In this document: positions 8,089 to 14,936 of the stretch, one piece after another
How positions within the stretch are numbered: the first letter of the stretch is position 1
How the letters are laid out: each line of letters begins with the position of its first letter
Assembly: GCA_045863395.1 (NCBI GenBank)
Contig: BTVJ01000082.1
Span: forward strand, 1-33,603
Reading direction: 5' to 3'
DNA: 33,603 bases
DNA from: Myxococcales bacterium
GTDB lineage: Bacteria > Myxococcota_A > UBA9042 > JABWCM01 > BTVJ01
Notes under the pieces: generated by a model
What the model saw: the letters and a program-made list of their open reading frames with translations, nothing else
Database searches by the model: none
What the model was told of the DNA's origin: nothing
Position numbers and translations under genes: made by a program

Positions 8089-9573
8089 TCAGAACCCCGT
8101 GGCCTCGTCGCAGAGCAGCGGCGACGACGTGCCCCCGCTCGGCGCCGCGTCCGGCACGCAGTCCCCGTCCGTGTCGATCAGGTTCTCCCGCGTGTCGTGG
8201 CCACAGCCCGCAGTCTTCTCCGACTCCCACTTGTTCACGCCGCACCCGCCGTTGGCTGGCGAGCGCAGGTTGGCCTTGTCTTTGTTGGAGGTCTCGTCGC
8301 CGAACAGGTCGAAGCGGACCACGAGGCGGTCCCCGTCCAGGTCCTCCACCTCCAGGAGGCGCTGGTTGCCCGGCCACTCCTCCGTCGCCGTCCATCCTTG
8401 GGAGGGCTTGCCGAAGGTGTACTTGTAGCCGATGCGCACCCCGCGCCCGTCGGGCGACGTCGCCGTGGGCACGTACGGGAGCGCCACCGCCAGGGTCCAG
8501 ACTCCGTCGCCGGCCACCGCGTCGCCGTGGGTGCCGTCGTCGTACATGGGCACCTTGTTGGGCGTCCAGTTGCCGAGGACCTGGTTGGCTGCGTCCACTG
8601 CCGCCTTGGTCACGCACGCCGTGGTGCGCTCGGCATCGCACAGCGGCGCCGACTCGTGGATGCCGCCCGTGAAGAACACGGCCTTGCCCGCCTCCTGGCT
8701 CGCCCACTTGAAGGTCGCGATCTCTTTGCAGTTGGCGTCGAGGCCGCCCGGGCGCAGGTCGACGAGGAACACGACGCGCATGGCGTCATGAGGGTAGCAG
8801 GTGCCGCTCTGGACCTCGTCCTTGAGCGCCGGGTCTCCCGCGGCGGCCTCCAGGGCCGCGTCGAAGGGCGCCGTGCTTGGGTCGGGTTCGCCGTCTCCGT
8901 CGTAGTCCACCGCCGTGCGGTCGAGGAAGGCCACGTCCAGCGCCGTGGCCCCCGCCTTGCCGGCCCAGGTCGCGAGGAACGGCGTAGGGCCGACCCCCGC
9001 CGCCGGAGACGCCCCCAGCAGCCGCTCCACCATGCCGAGCAGGGTCGTGAAGGTGGGGTTGCCTGCGTCGAGCTGCGCCGCCACCTGGGCGGCTCCTTTG
9101 GCGAGCGCCTCACCGGCCAGGGGCGCCCCGGAGGTCAGGCGCGTCAGCACGAGAGAGGCCGTCGTGCTCCGCCCGTCCAGCACGCCCATGGCAGGCACTG
9201 CTTTTCCGAGATCGATGCGGCGCTCGGGGTCCAGCACGGACTTCTGCTTCGAGACCGGCGGCAGGAGCCCCCACACGGACCGCTGCCCCACGGACGCGAT
9301 CACGCGGATGCCCGTGAAGTCCGAGCTCCCCGGCAGCACCAGGGTCCAGCGCCCTTGGGCGTCGGCCGTCGTCTTGTAGGCATCCAGAGGAACGCCGCCG
9401 GACGTCCACACGGTGAGCGTCGCGCCAGGCATGGCGCCGACGAGCCCGCTCACGACGTTGGGCTGGGCCTTCGGCAGATCCGGGATGTCCTCCCCGGTGA
9501 AGGGCTGGGCGATCAGCGGCTCCAGACCACAGGCGGCGAGGCACAGGAGCAGGGGCAGAAATCGGGTGCTCAC
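8089..9573 (-). CDS. Lipoprotein with a C-terminal choice-of-anchor-X/CBM-like module (494 aa)
   Basis: GTG 9573 overlaps the upstream stop (GTGA); signal peptide MSTRFLPLLLCLAAC; MYDDGTHGDAVAGDGVWT motif. Confidence 0.8.
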   Translation of the reverse strand: MSTRFLPLLLCLAACGLEPLIAQPFTGEDIPDLPKAQPNVVSGLVGAMPGATLTVWTSGGVPLDAYKTTADAQGRWTLVLPGSSDFTGIRVIASVGQRSVWGLLPPVSKQKSVLDPERRIDLGKAVPAMGVLDGRSTTASLVLTRLTSGAPLAGEALAKGAAQVAAQLDAGNPTFTTLLGMVERLLGASPAAGVGPTPFLATWAGKAGATALDVAFLDRTAVDYDGDGEPDPSTAPFDAALEAAAGDPALKDEVQSGTCYPHDAMRVVFLVDLRPGGLDANCKEIATFKWASQEAGKAVFFTGGIHESAPLCDAERTTACVTKAAVDAANQVLGNWTPNKVPMYDDGTHGDAVAGDGVWTLAVALPYVPTATSPDGRGVRIGYKYTFGKPSQGWTATEEWPGNQRLLEVEDLDGDRLVVRFDLFGDETSNKDKANLRSPANGGCGVNKWESEKTAGCGHDTRENLIDTDGDCVPDAAPSGGTSSPLLCDEATGF

Positions 9574-11498
9574 CACGCCACCTCCACGCTGGCCTTGCTG
9601 CGGAACACGTCGTGGGTCTGGTCCGGCTCGGCCTCCCGGAGCTGCGCCTTGTGCACGTACTCCATGGACCACGCCAGGTGGACGCCGTCGAAGTCGTAGC
9701 GCAGGCTCGCCAGGAACTTCTCCTTCTCCGTGTCGGCGTCGTTGTAGACGGTCACGATCTTGGAGCGGTTCTTCTCGTACCAGCGGTCGATCTGCCCGCC
9801 GATGGAGACGCGCAGCTCGTCGGTGAAGGGGTAGCTCAGCCCGAGCCGCGCCGTGATCAGGTCCCCCGTGTAGTCGTCCTCCACCGATCTGTGGCTGCGC
9901 GTGTCCACGTCTCGTATGTACTTGGCCTTCCAGGTCAGATCCAGGCCGAGGCCCACGTCGAAGGTGTACCTGCCGGCCAGCACGGCGATCTGGGTCAGGC
10001 GGTCCTGGTTGTCCCGGTACACGCTCCGCGGGTCGCGCCCGCGATCGCTACCCGCCACGTTGGCGTAGCTGTAGAGGTCCGTGTCCGTGAAGCCGTCCGT
10101 GTGGAGGAAGTCGGGGTAGGTCTTCTCCACGTCGCGGCCCTGCTCGTTGGTGTTGAACGTCAGCAGGGTGTACTCGGCGCTCAGCTCGAGGGCCTCGACG
10201 GCCAGGTCGATGACCAGGGTGCCGCCGTGCCAGCCGATGCAGCTCTCCACCCACGCCTCGTCGAAGTCGATGAACTCGTTGGCCAGGTTGAGGGTGGGGA
10301 GCTGGCCCCCCTCGATGAAGCCGTCGGTGAGCAGCACGTCGGCCTCCCGGCGCGCGCCGAACATGGAGTTCCACGCCGATCCGATGTTGAAGTACTCCAG
10401 CTTGAACCCGAGGCCGACACCGAACGGATCGTCGAAATCCAAGCGGATCTTGCCTGAGAACGCGTCCGTGTCGCCGTAGATCACCGGAGAGACGCCCTGG
10501 TTCATCTCGACGCCGTTGGCGGTGAGCTGCGGGTCGAGCTGCTGGTGGGACCACCCGAAGAGCAGGTTGACGCTCATGAAGTCGAGGGGGTCGAGGCGGG
10601 CCTCGGCGGTGACCACGGCGTTCGAGAAGCGGGTGAAGGTGCCGACGGCGTGATCCCGCGCGTCCTCGCACCCGGGGACCGGGTTGCCGAGGTCGTCCTT
10701 GCACTCCGGGTACAGGGTCCCCTTGGCGTCCGGGTCGGTGCGGTCGATCTCCAGATCGTTGGTCATGGTCCCGATGAGCGTGAACGTCCCCCACCAGCCG
10801 GGCGTGGACTCCAGCTTGACGGCGTAGGCCCAGTCGTTGGCGTAGAAGGGCAGGTCGACGACGCTCTCCAGCGCCGGGTCGCCGATGCCCGTCGACCACC
10901 AGGGCCCGACGTAGAGCTTGGGCAGCGCGATGATGCCGAGCTGGTAGCTGAACGCCCGGTCGGCGAAGGTCGCCTCCACGAAGGAGCCGTTGGCGTTCTC
11001 CCGGTCGATGTAGCGGACCTTGCCGATGGTCCACGGGTTGTACATGCCGAGGTCCGAGGTCCCGATGTGGACCCAGTCGATGCCGGGGATCGGCGGCGCG
11101 AACCGGATGTAGGTGCCTCGGAGCCGCATGTACTGGGCGCGGTTCATGCCCATGCTCTCGCCGGAGGTGTTGACCTCCCCGACGCCGTAGCTCTGGTCGC
11201 CGTTCTCCCACCAGTCCTGCCAGAGCGCGCCGAAGCGGCTCTTGATGGTCGCGCCCGCCTCCACGTACTGGCTGACGCGGCCCGTGACCTTGAGCTCGAA
11301 CTCGCTCCCGACGCCGTTGTTGCCGGTCAGGTTGTCAGGCCAGAACGGGTTGCCGTAGGTGAGCAGGCCCTGGCTGTCGTCGTTGCGGTAGAGCCACTTC
11401 GTGTAGATCTTGCCCGCCAGATCGAAGTTGGCGATGTCGGCGCGCGCGGGTGTCGAGAGCGCGAGGGCGAGGGCGAGCAGGGCGATGCGGTGCTTCAC
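9570..11498 (-). CDS. Predicted outer-membrane beta-barrel, putative carbohydrate porin (642 aa)
   Basis: GTG 11498 follows GGGGAG; Sec signal MKHRIALLALALALSTPARA; many alternating amphipathic strands; C-terminal aromatic beta-signal (KASVEVAW); located in a glucan operon. Confidence 0.7.
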   Translation of the reverse strand: MKHRIALLALALALSTPARADIANFDLAGKIYTKWLYRNDDSQGLLTYGNPFWPDNLTGNNGVGSEFELKVTGRVSQYVEAGATIKSRFGALWQDWWENGDQSYGVGEVNTSGESMGMNRAQYMRLRGTYIRFAPPIPGIDWVHIGTSDLGMYNPWTIGKVRYIDRENANGSFVEATFADRAFSYQLGIIALPKLYVGPWWSTGIGDPALESVVDLPFYANDWAYAVKLESTPGWWGTFTLIGTMTNDLEIDRTDPDAKGTLYPECKDDLGNPVPGCEDARDHAVGTFTRFSNAVVTAEARLDPLDFMSVNLLFGWSHQQLDPQLTANGVEMNQGVSPVIYGDTDAFSGKIRLDFDDPFGVGLGFKLEYFNIGSAWNSMFGARREADVLLTDGFIEGGQLPTLNLANEFIDFDEAWVESCIGWHGGTLVIDLAVEALELSAEYTLLTFNTNEQGRDVEKTYPDFLHTDGFTDTDLYSYANVAGSDRGRDPRSVYRDNQDRLTQIAVLAGRYTFDVGLGLDLTWKAKYIRDVDTRSHRSVEDDYTGDLITARLGLSYPFTDELRVSIGGQIDRWYEKNRSKIVTVYNDADTEKEKFLASLRYDFDGVHLAWSMEYVHKAQLREAEPDQTHDVFRSKASVEVAW

Positions 11499-11563
11499 GG
11501 GCGTCTCCCCAGGCGCCGGAGGAGGTGACCGGCGGGAGGCGCCGGCGGGACCCTCCGGCGGCG

Positions 11564-12394
11564 CTACCGACGGATCATCGGGACCGTCGCGAGGGTGCTC
11601 TTCGAGAGGTCCCCCTTCGGGTCGCAGGTATACTTGAGGGCCTCGGCCTGGGCCTTGACCTCGTCGCTCCCACCCTTCGCCCCGCCCGCGAGCAGGTCGA
11701 TGACATGGGGGTCGCACTCCCAGTCGTTGCCGCCGCCGAAGCGGTGCTGCCCCCCGATCTCGTTGACCTTGCGGGTGAGCAGGTCGGCCTTGTCCGGGTA
11801 GCCCTCGTTGGACTGCATGATGAGCTGGAACCCGCAGCCCTTGATGTCCGCCCCGAGATCGCCCTTGCTGAAGATGGCCGTCAGGGTCTTGCCCCGGGCG
11901 CGGGTGACCCGGGGGACGATCACGTTGCCCTTGACGCTGGGCGCCTTGGCGCCCACCTCCGACGACAGCCGCGTCTTGCCCTGGGGGCTCAGCAGGACGA
12001 CCTTGTCCCAGGCGTCCTCTGGCGCGAAGCGGACGTTGATGCCCGGGAGCGCGTCGGTGTGCCCGCTGCCCGGCTTGTGGTCCGTGTCCACGTAGAGCTG
12101 GGCGAACTGGAGCGAGAAGCCGTTGCCGCCCCACTCCTTGCTGTTCCAGGGGTCCTCGATCTTGGCGGCCACGTCCACCTCGACGGTGATCTCGTCGCCG
12201 TCCTGCTTGACGCGGACCTGGGTGACGTCGAAGGACCCGGGCTTGTAGACCGCGTCCGTGGGATAGGTGTAGGTGCCGGGGCCCTTGTCGTCGCCTCGCG
12301 GGTCGTCGAAGGTGAGCTCCTCCGCCGCCGCCCCGGCCAGCCCGAGGGCCGCCAGGAATGCCGCCGACCGTGCGAGTCCGAGCTTGATGCGCAT
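11564..12394 (-). CDS. Secreted glucodextranase C-terminal (DOMON-like) carbohydrate-binding protein (276 aa)
   Basis: Signal peptide; DPRGDDKGPGTYTYPT...GSFD and DPW...GFSLQ..QLYVD motifs typical of Glucodextran_C; GGGAGGAG RBS. Confidence 0.88.
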   Translation of the reverse strand: MRIKLGLARSAAFLAALGLAGAAAEELTFDDPRGDDKGPGTYTYPTDAVYKPGSFDVTQVRVKQDGDEITVEVDVAAKIEDPWNSKEWGGNGFSLQFAQLYVDTDHKPGSGHTDALPGINVRFAPEDAWDKVVLLSPQGKTRLSSEVGAKAPSVKGNVIVPRVTRARGKTLTAIFSKGDLGADIKGCGFQLIMQSNEGYPDKADLLTRKVNEIGGQHRFGGGNDWECDPHVIDLLAGGAKGGSDEVKAQAEALKYTCDPKGDLSKSTLATVPMIRR

Positions 12395-12426
12395 GACGCT
12401 CCTCCCGAAGCCTGGAAGTCGAGCGC

Positions 12427-12456
12427 ACGCTACCGCCGGGTGTCGGAGGCTGTCAA
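12427..12456 (-). promoter_or_regulatory. Putative sigma70 promoter of the glucan operon
   Basis: Consensus TTGACA (12456-12451), 18 nt spacer, TAGCGT (12432-12427), about 30 nt upstream of ATG 12394. Confidence 0.6.
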
Positions 12457-12494
12457 GGCGTTGCAGGGGGCTGGGAGGGGGACGGATCTGGGAG

Positions 12495-13841
12495 TCAGGG
12501 GGTCGCTGTTACCGGCGTCGCGGGTGGCGGAGCGGACCCTCGCTCCGCCTGCGTCGGCGGCGCCGCCGGGCGGCGGTCTCGCGGCTCCGGGGGAGCAGGC
12601 GGGCGGGCCGTGGGGGCGGGCATCGTGGGGCGGGTGGCCGCGTCGCGCACGGCGATGGCGGCCAGGGCGTCCGAGACCCGGCGCACCGTGTCGCCGATCT
12701 CGCCCCAGTCGATGCGGAGCGCCGAGGGCGGTCCGGTGAGCACGAAGTCTGGCACCAGCTCGTCCCCCACGCGGAAGGCCTCGACCTCCAGGCGGCGCAT
12801 CGGCGCGACCGGCGCGGGCGGGGTCGGGGCCGCCGGGTCCCGTGCGCCGAGCCACTCGGCGACCCTGTGCGCGACCTTGTCGTTGCGCGGCGGGTGGAGC
12901 ACCCGAACCTCCTTGGGCGCTGGCCGGTCCGGCATGCCCCGCGTGAACACCACGGCGCGGCCCGGCGCCAGGTCCTCCAGGAAGGTGCGGAGCCCGGCCG
13001 GGGGGCCGAGGCCGCGCAGCTCCACCCGCATGACCGGGAGGAGCGCCTGCAGGTACACCGGATCGAACTCGTTGAGGAACCAGGGGCGGCTGTCGCTCGA
13101 CATGGCGCGCCCCAGGATGCGGGGTGCCTCCGGACCCAGGAGGTCAACCGCCGCCGCCACCATCAGCAGGGGGTCCAGGGTGTCCGGAAGGGGCGTGCCG
13201 AGCGACGGGTCCTTGACGAAGAAGCGGCGGATCCACTCCCAACGGGCGACGACGGCCTGGGGGGTGCCGTTGATCAGGCGATCATACGATGCGTCCCCCT
13301 CGGGCATCCGGGACTCGTCGTCGTAGCACGGCTCGTCCGGTGTACCCATGGAGCGGGCGCGCACCGCGAAGGCCGCAGAGTCGTCCCGCCACACGACCTG
13401 CTCCAGCTCGACCCGGTAGCGGGTCTCCTCCGTGGCGTCCCAGACCACGTCCACGATGTACCTGCGGTCGTCGCGCAGGTCGTGCAGGCGCAGGACGAGG
13501 AGCTGGGTCCCCGCTGCCGTGATGCGCCACCGCCCGTCCGGCGACTTGGGGCCGTGAGAGATGCGACCGGTGATGCGCAGCTTGCGGTCCCAGCTCTCCA
13601 GCTCCGAGTGCGGGGTGTCCACGTCCAGGAGCAGCTCGCCCTTCTCGTCGCGCGCCTCGATGAAGGCGCCTCTCTCCGTGGAGTCTCCGTGGCACAGGAA
13701 GGCCTGGCCGTCGCGGGACCAGCCCCGCAGGGTGAGCCACTGGTGGGGGGCGGGGCAGGCGAAGGCCGGACGGTCCACGGCCACTGCAGCGCTGAGCGCT
13801 GCTGCCGCCAACCACGTCCTGGCCTGCGTGAGCCCGATCAT
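12495..13841 (-). CDS. Hypothetical secreted protein (448 aa) with a Pro-rich tail
   Basis: AGGTG RBS before ATG 13841; Ala-rich signal-like N-terminus; GWSRDG and SPDGRW propeller-like motifs; fills the gap between rnhB and the operon. Confidence 0.6.
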   Translation of the reverse strand: MIGLTQARTWLAAAALSAAVAVDRPAFACPAPHQWLTLRGWSRDGQAFLCHGDSTERGAFIEARDEKGELLLDVDTPHSELESWDRKLRITGRISHGPKSPDGRWRITAAGTQLLVLRLHDLRDDRRYIVDVVWDATEETRYRVELEQVVWRDDSAAFAVRARSMGTPDEPCYDDESRMPEGDASYDRLINGTPQAVVARWEWIRRFFVKDPSLGTPLPDTLDPLLMVAAAVDLLGPEAPRILGRAMSSDSRPWFLNEFDPVYLQALLPVMRVELRGLGPPAGLRTFLEDLAPGRAVVFTRGMPDRPAPKEVRVLHPPRNDKVAHRVAEWLGARDPAAPTPPAPVAPMRRLEVEAFRVGDELVPDFVLTGPPSALRIDWGEIGDTVRRVSDALAAIAVRDAATRPTMPAPTARPPAPPEPRDRRPAAPPTQAERGSAPPPATPVTATP

Positions 13842-13948
13842 CCGGTCACCTTGTCGGAAGCCCGTTGCAAGATCAATTCCCGCCGCCGATCCCGCACTCA
13901 AATGCCAACAACAGTCCGGATTTGCGGCTCAATCCTCTGCCCCTCCGC

Positions 13949-14764
13949 TCAGCGGGGTGCGCCCCCCCGTGTCACGGTTGACACGGCGGCCTGGGATGGC
14001 GCCACGCGCCTCCGGGCCGTGACCTCGGCCGCGTGGAGGGCCCGGCGCTCGATGGGGCTCAGCCCGGGCGTCCCTCGCAGCGCCAGGGCCCAGGCATCCA
14101 GATCGGTGGCCGATCGGGCGGCGTCCAGCGCCGCCAGCAGCGTCTGGCAGGTCTTGCCAAGGCCTCCGAGGGCGGTCTGGACCGGGGCAAAGGACAGGCG
14201 GTGCTCCTCGCAGGGCCCATGGGCCATCAGCGCCGCGCGGTGCGCAGGGGTCGGGTAGCCCTTGTGCTTTGCGAAGCCGTAGACCGGGAAGCGCGCGTCC
14301 AGGGCGTCCATGAGGTGGTCCCGGTGCACCTTGGCGAGCACCGAGGCCGCCGCGATGCTCAGCTCTTGGGCGTCACCCCCGACGACGCGCGTCTCGGGGC
14401 AGGGGAGGCCGGAGACGGTGCGGCCGTCCACCAGGGCGTGCTGCGGGGGCATCGCCAGGCCCTCCACCGCGCGGCGCATGGCCAGCAGGCCGGCGTGGTA
14501 GATGTTGATCTGATCGATCTCGGCTCGGCTGGCCTGCGCGACGCACCACGCCACGGCAGCGTCCTTGATGGGCTGGCACAGGGCCGCCCGTTGCCTCGGG
14601 GTGAGCTTCTTCGAGTCGTCGACGCCCGGGAGCGAGCAGTGTGGCGGGAGGATCACCGCCGCGGCGACCACGGGGCCGGCGAGGGGGCCGATGCCGGCCT
14701 CGTCCACGCCGGCCACCCGAAGGAGGCCCCGGGCCCACAGAGCCAACTCATGCTTCCGGTCCAT
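13949..14764 (-). CDS. rnhB: Ribonuclease HII with a C-terminal extension (271 aa)
   Basis: AGVDEAG(I)GPLAGPVVAAAVIL, DDSKKL, LVDG, GD..ELSIAAASVLAKVHRD, YGFAKHKGYPT, HRLSF. Confidence 0.95.
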   Translation of the reverse strand: MDRKHELALWARGLLRVAGVDEAGIGPLAGPVVAAAVILPPHCSLPGVDDSKKLTPRQRAALCQPIKDAAVAWCVAQASRAEIDQINIYHAGLLAMRRAVEGLAMPPQHALVDGRTVSGLPCPETRVVGGDAQELSIAAASVLAKVHRDHLMDALDARFPVYGFAKHKGYPTPAHRAALMAHGPCEEHRLSFAPVQTALGGLGKTCQTLLAALDAARSATDLDAWALALRGTPGLSPIERRALHAAEVTARRRVAPSQAAVSTVTRGGAPR

Positions 14765-14936
14765 GGGTGCACCGTCCTTGGTCGGAGCGTCGGGAGCGCC
14801 CTTCGTACTCCACCTCCATCCTTCGATCAACCGTCCTCGGAGGGGACGCCGACGGGACCTCGGGGACGACCGCGCCGCTTGTATGATCGGGGCGCTCCGG
14901 GTATACACGCCGGTTGTTCTGCTCCGAGGTGGTTCC

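Noticed and set aside
1579..9699. 2706-aa plus-strand ORF, and other long Arg/Gly/Ala/Pro-rich ORFs (e.g. 12273-14258, 14748-16562, 30354-33470)
   Set aside because: These are antisense shadows of genuine genes. Stop codons are rare in off-frames of high-GC DNA, and the translations have no motifs.
11499..12428. Apparent fusion or frameshift between the DOMON gene and the barrel (952-aa ORF)
   Set aside because: The barrel has its own RBS, GTG start and signal peptide at 11498; the upstream part is an off-frame read of the DOMON gene.
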